From the NCBI RefSeq assembly GCF_006345805.1, contig NC_043010.1, positions 3,286,001 to 3,350,000 on the forward strand: a stretch of 64,000 nucleotides of DNA, written 5' to 3'. Positions 40,951 to 54,136 of the stretch are shown piece by piece. Both the position numbers and the translations under genes were made by a program. The first letter of the stretch is position 1, and each line of letters begins with the position of its first letter. This DNA comes from Octopus sinensis. Its lineage: Eukaryota. The notes under the pieces are model-generated. The model worked only from the letters and a program-made list of their open reading frames with translations. It searched no databases and was not told the DNA's origin.

Positions 40951-41537
40951 ATTTACACAGTTCTTTGGGTGTTTTTTTAAAACTATTACTGAAATAGATA
41001 TTTTAAAAAATATATTCTGCAATTAATAAACAAAAGTCACAGAAGTAATATATGTAACAGTAAATCTACATTATGTAAATGGTTATAATTAAATATTGTA
41101 TATACTACAACACATATGAATAATGTATAAATCTGAATAAATTATAATATATTATATAGAAATAAAAATGTATACAGACAATAATGAAGAATGTATATCA
41201 TGCAAAAGAAATTGAGAAAAATATTTCTATATTCATACGACCATGTCTACATGAGGATGTACAAGGTTGTTAGTACTTGTTGTCTATAACTGAGGTACTA
41301 AGCTACAAATAACATTCATCCATTAATGAATACTGAATATTTCTAATGTAATTATTCAACTAATGAAGTGGTTCACACTCAAGCTAAACTAGTGAATATC
41401 GTCTCTTGTATAAAAGAAAACTGCAATAACTTGATCATCTTTTAACAAGTAGAAAATTACAGTTGTTCATTTTCTGAAGTAGAATGAATATTTGATGGAA
41501 AAATAAAAAACAATGTGGTGTACATTTTACTTCACAG

Positions 41538-41624
41538 ATATGTTCTCTACATGAGATGGCAGTATATTTGGATTCTGGGTGGTCAGGTCTAAATGTAACA
41601 GAGACAATCTCTATGTTACAGATG
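41538..41624 (+). CDS. Candidate internal exon (unidentified gene)
   Basis: tacattttacttcacag|...ATG|gtattt, 87 bp. Only phase 0-0 is open: ICSLHEMAVYLDSGWSGLNVTETISMLQM. Confidence 0.35.
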
Positions 41625-41654
41625 GTATTTCTTTTCTCTTCTTTTTATATATAT

Positions 41655-42032
41655 CTTGTTTTACTTATTGGATTGCAGCCATGCTGAGGATGCACCTTGA
41701 AAGGTTTAGTTTGACAAATTGATCCCAGTATTTATTTATTCTGTTTGGTATTTATTTGATCAGTATCTTTTCGCTGAACAGTGAAGTTATGGGGACATAA
41801 ACAAATCAATACCCAGTGCCATGTGGTGGTTGGGGACAAACACAAACATAGACATACACACATACATGCATGCATACATACACACACGAGCCCCCAGACA
41901 GTTTCCATTTACTAAACTCACAAGGCATTGGTCAGCTAAAAGCTATTGTAGAAGACACAGTGCCATACAGTAGGACTGAACCCAAAACTATGAGGTTGCT
42001 AAACAAGCTTCTTTACCACACAGCCATGCCTG
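41655..42032 (-). mobile_element. Older SINE family A copy
   Basis: GCAGCCATGCTGAGG tail, GGGGACATAAAC, GCTATTGTAGAAGACAC, ACCACACAGCCATGCCTG head. Confidence 0.8.
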
Positions 42033-42049
42033 TTGGAAGCAATATATAC

Positions 42050-42093
<44 letters not shown>

Positions 42094-42988
42094 TGTATGT
42101 AATGTATGTATGAATATAAAATTACATGTATGCATGCCTAGTCATAGTTTCCCAAAACGATTTTAAAAAATAAGATGCATAACATGTTCACAATATATAC
42201 CAATTTATATATCAAAATATCTAATTATGTATTAATTTATCCTCAAATAGTTTCATAGCCATGCCACATGGACGCGCTTATATCAATACATTGAAGACAA
42301 CACAAATATATACAGAAATATACAGTCTAAGATATATAAGAAGCGAAACGTACATGGGAGTTCCTCGTAATATCCTGTGCTTTCCATACTTGAGCCATGT
42401 CCACTGTCAGTTCGAGACATCTCAGTAAAGGGTTCACGTGAAATAATCACATGATCTTCTACTGTGTCTACAACTGACAGTACTGTTGCTTCCTGGGAAT
42501 TAACATATAACCAATATAAATTAGATAATAACAGCTGATGTTATTTTTGTCTAATAATTTTAAAATCTTTGGCTTTAGCCTTAGAGGTAGACAGAAACCA
42601 TATTTATAAAGAGTAAAAATGTAGGTAAGGTTAAATAGACAGGAGCAAAGAAGTAGTATGGAAAGAGAGCATAATAGAGGATGCAATATGTTAACTATTT
42701 TAAGTGAACATTTGGAATTTTAAATTGACATATCAGTTATAAGTTCATTGACTTTTCTGGTTTAAAATAAACATTAACTACTTGGTTAAAACAAGAAACA
42801 TAATGTGGTATGTGTTTCTGGAAGCTTGATTTAAACTTACTAGATTGAAATTTCCAATTCACACACACACACACACACACACATACACACACACACACAC
42901 ACACACGCACACACACACACACCACATATACATGCATACACAACACATACACACACTCAAACACATACATGCACACACACACACACAT

Positions 42989-43025
<37 letters not shown>

Positions 43026-43989
43026 CACACACGCACACATGCACACACACACACACCACATACACAACACATACACAACACATACACACACTCAAACACA
43101 CATAGATGATAATGTTTTATGTAAAATATTAAAATATGAGATATAGTCATAGGTTATTAAGCTACTGAAAATTACAGTAAATTTTATGTTTTATAGCAAA
43201 TTGCAGGAAAAAAAAGGAGAAAATAAATACTATATAGAATAAGACAAAAGTTATAAATATGATGGGTGAAAAGCCAACCACAAAAATACAAAAACAAAAA
43301 AAAAAGCTTCAAACAAATCAGATAATCTTTTTCTTAAAAAGGCAAATATATCAAACATAAAATAAGCAAATATGTCAAAAACAAAGTCATTAAGTTAACC
43401 TGGCACAGAATATCAAAATTTGCAGAACATGAACTTATAGATCTTCAGACCATGGTCTTATATATCTGTAGACCACAGACTTTAAAAATTCTTATACTTA
43501 TTCATAAAGATTTTATTCATTTTAAGAGATTATTGTAAAGAATTAGTGAATTTTATTGGTTTCATAACAATTACACTACATAATGCCATATGTTAATAGT
43601 ATAAAATGTGAATGCAAAAATATTTAGTTTTGTTATGAATATGATTTTTACAGTAATGGTGAAATATGCTTTTGAAGATTAAATTTTTATTTTGTGTCAT
43701 AAGCTATATAGGTTGAAATCTACACACTTATATGGATTAGAATTAAACTTGTGTTGACTGTTTCAGTTCAGAATTATATTTTGTATAGTTTTATAAATTA
43801 CAAAGTATTTGTTAGTGGATTTCATCCATAAAGTAATGCTGATCATATTCTCTCCCTCTCTTGAATTTTGCTTCTCTACAGGAATCTGCTTGCCTTCCTT
43901 CCCTCTTTTCTTTCATACTTTAATCTCTCATCTCCTTGTATAATAATCCTACCAAAACCTCCTCAAGTTTTGTAACATTGTGAGCTGCA

Positions 43990-44190
43990 TGATGAATTTA
44001 CTAGTACTGGTGGCATGGAGGAAAAAGCACCCAGTGCTTGCTATAAAATAGTTGGCATTTGGAAGGGCATCCAGCTGAGGAAACCTTGCCTTAGCAGACA
44101 CTGGTGCACAATGCAGTTCTTGAACCCATCAGACCCAGTCAAACCATCCAATCCATGGCAGCAGAGAATATGAATGTTAAATGATGATGA
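43990..44190 (+). mobile_element. Repeat family B copy
   Basis: GGTGGCATGGAGGAAAAAGCACCC...GGAAGGGCATCCAGCTG...GAATGTTAAATGATGATG. Confidence 0.75.
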
Positions 44191-44339
44191 AGTAAATTTT
44201 TGGTGGGAACTGCTTTGGAAATATATATGTACGAATGTCTTAGTGAGGGAAACAGTAAGTAGTTACTCAACCTGCAACAAATATAAAAGCCAATTTTCCA
44301 TCAAATCATACTCTACTGTCTTAAAAGGGGAAAGATACA

Positions 44340-44595
44340 TTACTCTTTTACTCTTTACTCTTTTACTTGTTTCAGTCATTTGACTGCAGCCATGCTGGAG
44401 CACCACCTTTAATCAAGCAACTCGACCCCCTAAGTGTTTATATCCCAATCACTTAGCGATTCGGCAAAAGAGACCGATAGAATAAGTACTAGGCTTACAA
44501 AGAATAAGTCCCGGGGTCAGTTTCCTTGACTAAAGACGGTGCTCCAGCATGGCTGCAGTCAAATGACGGAAGCGAGTAAAAGAGTAAAAGAGTAA
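44340..44595. mobile_element. Inverted composite of two SINE family A tails
   Basis: Minus-orientation tail 44340-44429 is joined to a plus-orientation body and tail 44432-44595. Arms 44340-44429 and 44513-44595 are largely complementary. Confidence 0.88.
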
Positions 44596-46596
44596 GTGAC
44601 AAATATTGATAAAAGGCAAGAAATCAATGAGAATAGATATTAAAATAAACCTTGTAAGTTAACTTCTTTAACTAAATGCAGCAGGAATTTTGGGTGATTG
44701 AACAACAGAAGGGATTTACAATGTAAAAGGACTGACTAGAGTAGAATTATTTTGTAATATTATGAGTGACTCAATTCCATTAAAATCACATTCGATTCAC
44801 ACTCCACCTTTTAATATGGGCTACAAGGATTAGCAATCCATAACCTCCAAGACTTACACATTTATTATGTCAATACATTTATTAACTTTTATCTATGTTT
44901 CGATTGCTAATAAATGAAGTCTGTAGTATATAAGTTTATCCTCATTGACAACTATTAATACTTGTGGTATCCAGTATAAACAAAAGCCTTTACCCAAATA
45001 GTGCATAGAAACAACATTATATGAACAAATAATTGGCTGTATATACAGTAAAGGAATATTAAAACCATCCAACAAAAGCAGAAAAAAATATTCTCTTAGA
45101 CTCACAAAGAAAAGCTCATTGTTTAGTTTATTCCATACTTACTCCTATAGAAGTATTTAAAATGAATCTAAAACCTTTATTACATGACAAATCTTGAGAC
45201 GGGAAATGAGTAAATGATGATATTACTGAAACATTTGATTATATTTCCTATAGAATAAAGTGGCTGCGTTCTAGAAATGTTTTTTTTCAAAATAAAGGTA
45301 AACTGTTTATTGCCACAGGTTTATAAATAATACATCAGATTCTGAAGAAGAAGAATTTGATCAATTATTACTTTTCACCAGGGACTTCAGTTTATTCATC
45401 CATTATGTGTCTTATATACAGCTAAAAACCAGAAAAAGAAAACCCTAAAATCTGAAAATCTTTACTTTAAGAGCTACTAAGGGGGCTGCTAAAATTAACT
45501 TCTTTATTCTATCTCAATGGTATATTGAGAGAAAATAGAAAGGAAATCTATGGGTAATTTCAACATAGAGAAATAAACTGCTAGAAACCATAGGATATAT
45601 ATGCATATTTTAGCATTCTATGTAAGAGTGAAATAGTTCAGAGGTATGAAGATAATATGAATGTAAAATTGTGTTCAATACAAACTCAATAATCGGGAAG
45701 ATTGGCAAAACATTTAGACTGTGAAGAGGAAGAAAGAAATGAAGTTCTTAAATCGATTTAGATAATAAGGAAAAGAATAAATTATCAAAAACTTTAACCT
45801 GTGTCGCTGGCAATGATGTCGAAACAAAGAGATGTTTTATGAAGAAGAAATAAACATAATGCACTTTGCATCTCTTAAAGTAGTGAGAGTAGAGTGAAAC
45901 AGCAAGACATAGAGTAAATCTTTGAGCATTATCGAATGAAGAGTGAAAGGAGATGCATGTGAGTGAAAACAAATTAGCGTAACTTAATTTGGTAGAGGTT
46001 AGATTGCAGGGTAGCAGAGGAAATATATGGATGCTATTATAATATAATTCACTGCTGTTATGCTGAAGGGTGGAGTTTGGAGTTGTAGGAAGATAATGTG
46101 TGGTAGGAGTGAAGTGCAGATAAGTACTTTGTAATTTAATGAGGTTACAGAGAAGAGCTGGAAGAAGAAAATGCATATAATGTTAGAGGGTGAAATGTAA
46201 TTTATTTGGGATGTGCAGAAAGAATGAAAGTATAATAAATACACAAACCGAATCGCTACAGTGGGATTTAGTCAGGTTGGAGAGAAAAGTCTAGAGGTTA
46301 GAAGCATCTATGGAACTAATCAGTGTGCACTGTGTTGTACAAAGTTATATAGAGATGATAATGTGAAAGGAGATTTTATATATATAGAGAGAGAAAGAGA
46401 CAGATAGATATATGTACATACATACATACATACATACATACATACATACATAAATGCATGTGTGAGTGTGTGCATGTAAATACATATTCATGTACATACA
46501 TGTTTATAGATGTGTGTGTATATATATATATATCATCCATTATATTATATATAAATAAAATATTATATTATATATTATATTACATTATATGTATAT

Positions 46597-46629
<33 letters not shown>

Positions 46630-47072
46630 CGTGTTTGCATGTCCATGCATGTATGTGCATGTGGATATGTATGTATGTATCCATGTATGTGTGTATGTAT
46701 CCATGTATGTGTGTATGTGTGTATGTATGTATGTATGTATGTATGTATGCATGTATCTGTGAATGGATCTCAAACTTTCTGATCATGAGTGTTCACTTGT
46801 TTGATCGACTCAACTACAAGACTCTTTGAAGTCATGTGCAACTGGCTGAGTGTTCCACAGATATGCATGCCATTTATATAATTCTCAGATAAAATTAGTA
46901 TGACATGGTATGACACGAATAAATTGCAGGTACAATTCATCCAACAGACTTCTTCACAGTCTCCATCTACCCAATTCAACTCACAGGGTGTGGGTCAATA
47001 TATCGAACTTCATAATCTTGAACCAAATTTCGTACCAATTCAGCCATATGTGTGTATGTATTTATATATAAA

Positions 47073-47132
<60 letters not shown>

Positions 47133-47293
47133 ATATATATATATGTATGTATAAATGTATATATATATATATATGTATACAGTTATATACATATAGGTAT
47201 ATATATATTATATATATTTATTTATTATTATATATATATATATATTTATTTATTTATATATATATATATATTTATTATATATATATACATATG

Positions 47294-47334
<41 letters not shown>

Positions 47335-47381
47335 CATACATTTGTATATGTATGTATATTATATATATATATATATTTATA

Positions 47382-48266
47382 CAAGGGCTGATCAATATGC
47401 ATTTGGACTGTTGCTATAGTAACGAAGCTAAAGTACACAGAGTGAAGCCGCTTGGCACAGATTGACCTTCAACTCTGCTGTGCAAGCACACTAAGTTTTA
47501 ACATTCTAGCTCGCTTCTGCTATTTACAGCAATGCTTGGAAGGAAGGTGTGTAATGTGTGATCATCACATTGACCATGACAGAGACAGTTGTCATGGCGA
47601 TACCTGCTCAGAGGCCTATGCAAGGTTGCAGAAAGTATATGGAGAGGTTTGTATGAACCACACACAAGTGTATGAGTGGTTCAGACATTTCCAAAACGAC
47701 CGAAAAAATGTCGATACTGGGAGACCTGCAAGCAGCAGAACTGAGGAAAACATCACAGATGTGCATGTAGCTGTGAGGGGAAATCTCCAAATAACCATCT
47801 ACGAATTATCAGAGGATGTGCAGATTAGTTACGGTTCAGTTCAGACCATTATCTCTGAAAATTTAGGTATGAGATGTGTGTCTGCCAAGTTTGTGCCAAA
47901 ACTGCTTTTAGCTGACGAAAAAGACACTTGGGTTTCAGTTGCAATCGCTTTGATTGTATCGAAAATGATGAAGTCTGTTTGAAAACTTTGCCTAGACATC
48001 TGAGCAGGTATTGCCAAGCTTTTGGCGAGATTTGATGTAGATTCTTTGCTCATCTTTCTCTGTCATGATCACATGCTACACATGTTCCTTTGAAGCACTG
48101 CCATAAACAGTGGAAGTTTACAGAACTGCTGTAAACATCTAGAATGTTAAAACTTACTATACATGCACAACAGAATACAAGGTCAATCTGAACCGAGCAG
48201 CTTTACTCTATGTGCTTTAGCTTTGTTACTATGGCAACAGCCCGGATATTTATTGATCAGCCCACA
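47382..48266. mobile_element. Mariner derivative made of two inverted 5' halves (885 bp)
   Basis: Left half: TA-CAAGGGCTGATCAATA, 5' UTR and transposase N-terminus (ORF 47452-47982, TQVYEWFRHF...VSAKFVPKLL). Right part ~47982-48266 is the reverse complement of TIR + 5' UTR + MTEKDEQRIYIK..KLGNTCS, ending CAGCCCACA-TA. Confidence 0.88.
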
Positions 48267-48270
48267 TATG

Positions 48271-48336
<66 letters not shown>

Positions 48337-48383
48337 AATATATATATATATATATGTATATATATATTATATATATATAATAT

Positions 48384-48426
<43 letters not shown>

Positions 48427-48602
48427 ATATATGTATATATTATGAATATATGAATATCTATATATATATGTGTGTGTGTGGGTGTGCATGTGTGTGGAAT
48501 ATATGTATATATATATATATTCATATATATAAAGATTCAAACACATATACATATACATATATGTACATCCATATATACATATATGTATACATCCATATAT
48601 AC

Positions 48603-48633
<31 letters not shown>

Positions 48634-49177
48634 ATATATATATTATAATATATATATATATATATACACATATATATATATATGTATGTAAGTACATCAC
48701 ATATTGTACATACATATATATACTTATACATGTATGTGAGGAGATTAGTGCTTCATAATGCATTTTGGTTGTACAAAAGGTTTGGAAATAAGAGGGGATT
48801 TATGGAATGTCAAGAGAAAATGTGATTCACTTAAGTTATATCATTATTGCCACTTTTATAAATCCCGCCTATTGGCTTTCTGCTCTTTGTAAAGTAACTT
48901 CCTGTCAACTACTATCATTCTCAACTATTCTTCTGAAGGTATGTCTTCTCTCTCTCCTCTACTGCACCAATGATACTCAATACTAGGCTGTGCTGACTTC
49001 CCCCTAATTTCTTTCTTCAACATCTACTTTACAATTGCATCCTTGATCAATAATAATATAAGATGCTGCATTTAATAAAACCAGTCATATGGTCGAGACA
49101 GACTGTCATATGAAAGATCAAACTGTGATATCCAACGAACACATCAAAATAGTATGTGTGTGTGTGTGTGTGTGTAC

Positions 49178-49212
<35 letters not shown>

Positions 49213-49231
49213 TATCTATATACATATACAT

Positions 49232-49308
<77 letters not shown>

Positions 49309-50947
49309 CATATGTATTTATATGTGAATATATATATATATAATGTGAATATATATATATACATATGTATACATATATATATATACACATATACAAATGT
49401 ATACATATATATATGGACACATGCAAATAAACACATGCATATACAAAACGCTAATCGCACATACACATGTGTAGTACATACGCATGTTTCAAGCATCAGG
49501 TAAAAAGTGGGTTGATGTGACAGATCAAGGATAACCTAATATGAAGTAGTATACATGCTAAACCAAGAGGAAAAGCTTGTATAAAATGGATGATGTGTGT
49601 GGGTTGAAGAGAGGAAAGCGTCCTCTCTTCAGAACTAAACAAGTTCAGATTTCCTATTCTGTTGCTCTTCGATCTTTGTAATTGTTTGATACACTATGTA
49701 TGTCATAAAAAGGTTCATAGCTACCAAATGTTATATATCATGACAATGGTGATGATAGTGGCAGGGGTAGTGGCAGCCGTGGCAGTGGCAGCCGTGGCAG
49801 TGGTGTTGGGCTGTTAGGACCAGACATAGTGGTGGTCTTACCTTTATACTCATGAAAGATGAAGAAACTAGGAAATTAGATACTCTATGGCTATGCTTTC
49901 TTCTTTCACAAACACACACACACACATACACACACAATGATGCACATACATACACAAGAATACATACAGTCAATGTTTATAATTCTTGGCTAATTCTATA
50001 GCTGCCAACTCATTATCTATTAATCAATATCTATTTATCTCCCTCGAGTGACAGAGTTAGACATTTGTATTACTTAATCAGATACATCCATTAATGGGTG
50101 CAATTGATCTTGACTTCAGAAGAATGGTCCCTCAATATTTTACACACATTATAGAACTTGAACTTAGCATTGCAAGTCAAGGAAACATTTCTCAATTATG
50201 CAGTGTTCTCACTGCTTGGCATTGAGCTTAGTCAAACAATTCAAAGCTAAATGTTTTGCTCATGGGTTGAATTTGAAATGAGCATTGCAAGCCAGCAAAA
50301 CATTCCTCAATTATGCAGTGTTCCCACTACTTACAGGAAGAAACTGCACATTCATTAGAATCAGGGTCAATCAAACAAATGGAAGCTAAATAGCTTGGTC
50401 ACGAGTTGACTGATACTATATTAAATGTCAACTATTCAGTCACTCAATCAACACACAAACATTTCTAGCAGTTTCCTATATATCAAATTATATATATATA
50501 TATATTAAATTATAATATGCTTGCTAACTTCACCGGTTAGCATTACCATCATATCATCGACATATCACATCACCATCATGAAAGATATCAAAAAGCAGCC
50601 TATATCACCATGTCAACTGGTACCCATGACAAATTTCCCTTCTATCAATTTCTATCTCTTCATTTAGATGTGAACTACACTAATATGTACCTCCTGTATT
50701 CAATATGACCACCTACTATTACTATGATTACGTACTTATATGGAACTGGCAGCAATAAGGATATCTGTTTTTATTGCAATCAGTATTTCTGCTTCCAATA
50801 AAGGTGGGGAATCTCTTGTGTAACAATCTCATCAATTCATCAACAAGTACTTCAATATAATATTTACACAGAATAAGATATCTGTCATTATTCAATATTT
50901 ATATTCATATTTAATATTCACACTCACAGGTATATGTATGTATGTAA

Positions 50948-50978
<31 letters not shown>

Positions 50979-51394
50979 TGTATGTATGTATGTATGTATG
51001 CATGTATGTATGTATGTATGTATGTATGCATGTATGTATGTATGTATGTATGTATGTATGCATGTATGTATGTATGCACGCATGTACGTATATGTGTGTG
51101 TGTGTATAAATATATATATATATATTGTAATGAACAACCTGCACAGATCACTTGTTTATAGGTATCAAATATTTATGCTGCACATCACTTCACTCTCTCC
51201 ATAAAATTGACAGTACCTGAACAGGTGTACAGTATACAACATGTCAGGTGTCGAAATAATCAGAGAAAAACATAAGATGAATTGTTTTTCTCAAGAACAC
51301 TATACTTTGCCTGGTCTGGGAATCGAGCCCATGATCTTGTGATTGGTAGTGCAACACCCTAACCACTAGGTCCTGCACCCCCATATATATATAT

Positions 51395-51603
51395 ATCTAT
51401 ATTGATTCAAAATGCGACCTCGTGTGTACCGTTGGCGATTTTTTTTCCTCTGTCTTCCCTTCTCTGGATCTTTCCTTCTCCTATGTTTCCAACGAAGAGC
51501 TCCGCTCAAAACGTTAAACCCTCCTTCTTTCCTAAGCGTCCAATAATACTATATTTGTTCCACGTCCTCGTGTTGTTGTGTTTTTGTGCTTTCATGTTTG
51601 GAT

Positions 51604-51610
<7 letters not shown>
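51395..51610 (+). mobile_element. Short TA-flanked element with a decayed hammerhead motif
   Basis: GTTT-CCAACGA-A-GAGC(TCC)GCTC-AAAA-CGT-T-AAAC at 51485-51519. Stems are intact and the core is mutated. Same flanking words as 5030-5205 (CCTATGTTT upstream; ATTAAC then (TA)n downstream). Confidence 0.6.
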
Positions 51611-51639
<29 letters not shown>

Positions 51640-51900
51640 GATCTGTACTCCACAGCTGAAGTGTTAAGGCCACATCCCATTGGTGAAGAGGACTGGCCTG
51701 CAAGAGTCCTGTGCTGGTGCCATATAAAAAGCACCAAGCACACTCTGTAAAGTGGTTGGCATTAGGAAGGGTGTCCAGCCATAGAAACTATGCCAATTCA
51801 GACTGAAGCCTGGGACAGCTCTCCTACATGCCGGCTCTGGTCAAACCGTCCAACCCATGCTATCATGGACAAAGGATGTTCAATGATGATGATGATGATA
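51640..51900 (+). mobile_element. Repeat family B copy with (GAT)n tail
   Basis: GCCATATAAAAAGCACC...GGCATTAGGAAGGGTGTCCAGCC...GGATGTTCAATGATGATGATGATG. Confidence 0.8.
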
Positions 51901-51918
51901 TACATATGTATGTGAGTA

Positions 51919-52296
51919 TAGGTGTGGCGGTGTGGTAAGGAGCTTGCTTCCCAACCACATGGTTCTGGGTTCAGTCCCACTGCATGGCACCTTGGGCAAG
52001 TGATTTCTACTATAGCCTTAAACCAACCAATGCCTTGTAAGTAGATTTGGTAGACAGAAACTGAAAGAATCCCGGCATATATATATATATTTGTGTGTGT
52101 CTTTGTGTCTGTGGTTGTCCCACCACCGGTGTTGGTGTATTTATGTCCCTGTAACTTAGCAGTTCAGCAAGACAGATCAATAGCATAAGTACCAGGTTTT
52201 AAAAAGAAAGAACTGGGGTTGATACATTCGATTATAAATTCTTCAAGGTGGTGCCTCAGCATGGCAGCCATCTAATGATTGAAACAAGTAAAAGAT
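51919..52296 (+). mobile_element. Full-length SINE family A
   Basis: Head GGCGGTGTGGTAAGGAGCTTGCTTCCCAACCACATGGTTCTGGGTTCAGTCCC, central TA/TG tract, tail AATGATTGAAACAAGTAAAAG. Confidence 0.88.
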
Positions 52297-52320
52297 ATAA
52301 TATATATATATATATATATA

Positions 52321-52693
52321 CTCTTTACTCTTTTACTTGTTTCAGGCATTTGACTGTGGCCATGCTGGATCACCACCTTTAGTTGAAAAAATCGACCCCA
52401 GGACTTATTCTTTGTAAACCTAGTACTTATTCTATTGGTTCCTTTTGCCAAACCACTATGTTACGAGGGTACAAACACACCAATATCAGTTGCCAAGCAA
52501 TGATTGTGGGAGAACAAACACAGAGACACACACTCGTACACACACACACACACACACACATACACACACACAGAGAAACACACACATGCACACACACGCA
52601 CATATATATATATATATATATATACGAAAGGCAATCTACCAAATCCGCTCACAAGGCTTTGGTCAGCCTGAATCTATAGTAGAAGACACTTGT
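52321..52693 (-). mobile_element. SINE family A (head truncated), tail-to-tail with the previous copy
   Basis: CTCTTTACTCTTTTACTTGTTTCAGGCATTTGACTGTGGCCATGCTGG...CTATAGTAGAAGACACTTG. Confidence 0.88.
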
Positions 52694-52934
52694 CAATTTT
52701 CACTACATCCCTTTGAATCTCTTAAACAGTTGTATGCCAAGGCCAGTAGAAGAATGGAAAGAAGGCAGAACATGTACGATAAATACAAACTGAAAAATAA
52801 CAACATACAAAATGCTCAGTCGATGGTAACAACCCCTAAAATGTCTTGTTGAGTTTTTGCCCTATATTAAATAAAATTAGAGGGTGTCTTCAAGTTTTTG
52901 AAACGATAAGTTATTTTGCATCGTCTTAGCATAG

Positions 52935-53130
52935 ATAGGTACAGGAGTGGCTGTGTGGTAAGTATAGGCACAGGTGTGGATATGTGGTAAGTAGCTTGCT
53001 TACCAACCACATAGTTCCGGGTTCAGGGTTCAGTTCCACTGCATGGCACCTTCAGCAAGTGTTTTTGACTATAGCCTTGGGCTAACCAAAGCCTTGTGAA
53101 TAGATTTCGTGGATGGAAACTGAAAGAAGC

Positions 53131-53161
<31 letters not shown>

Positions 53162-53528
53162 AATATTTATATATATATATATATATAAATATATATATTC
53201 GCTTGTGTCTATGAGTTAACTCATAGACACACGTGATATAATAATCCAACTAGTAGTTCCAATCCTGTACAACACACTCAATAAAATAAACCTAAGAATA
53301 TATTTATATGTATGTGTGTCTGTGTTTTTCCCCACACCATCAGTTAACAACTGATGTTGGTGTGTTTATATACCTGTAACTTAGTGGTTTGGCAAAAGAG
53401 ACTGATAGAATAAGTACTAGGCTTACAAAGAATATGTCCTGGGATCAATCTGCTCGACTAAAGGCAGTGCTCCAGCATGGCTGCAGCCAAATGCCTGAAA
53501 CAAATAAAAAAACAAAAGAATAAAAGAA
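52935..53528 (+). mobile_element. SINE family A with a duplicated A-box and an insertion in its central (TA)n
   Basis: Two tandem ACAGG..TGG..TGTGGTAAGTA heads (52935-53000). Extra sequence at ~53198-53300 lies inside the TA tract; normal body and tail resume at ~53310. Confidence 0.85.
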
Positions 53529-53578
53529 TATATGCCTATATGTGTATATATATGTGTGTTTATATATATATGTATGTG

Positions 53579-53618
<40 letters not shown>

Positions 53619-53784
53619 TATATGTGCATATAAATATATATGTATGTATATATATATATATACATATATACATATACATATACATGTGTATATATAAATA
53701 CATATATATATGTGTTTATATATACATATATATGTGTGTGTGTATATAAATACATATATGTGTGTGTATACACATATATATATA

Positions 53785-53824
<40 letters not shown>

Positions 53825-54099
53825 TATACTCTGGTTTAAAACAACATTTATCTTAGCAATTGATACGTAGCGGCCCAAGATTGCTTAGAAACACTGGCAC
53901 ATTATAAAATCTGCCTAACCACATATCTCAATGGCAAGAAACTATTCATAGCCCTTATTTTAATGCAGTGTACATTAAATGATATTTACTTTCTCACTGG
54001 GTGGAGTATTTGTTTTCATTGACCCTACATTAACACCACAATAAACTATCTATTTTCTGTAGAATACTGACTCACTCAGAGTTTCTAAGTTTGCTTTCA

Positions 54100-54136
<37 letters not shown>

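Noticed and set aside
42320-42360. GAAACGTAC as a hammerhead 3' half
   Set aside because: The upstream sequence lacks CTGANGA, and stems I and II do not pair.
45720-46330. Minus ORF 45748-46176 as a Penelope RT N-terminus (NLTSTKLSYANLFSL)
   Set aside because: The resemblance is only impressionistic. Like the pyrimidine-rich tracts at 18420-18720 and 23450-23800, it is left as unclassified decayed repeat.
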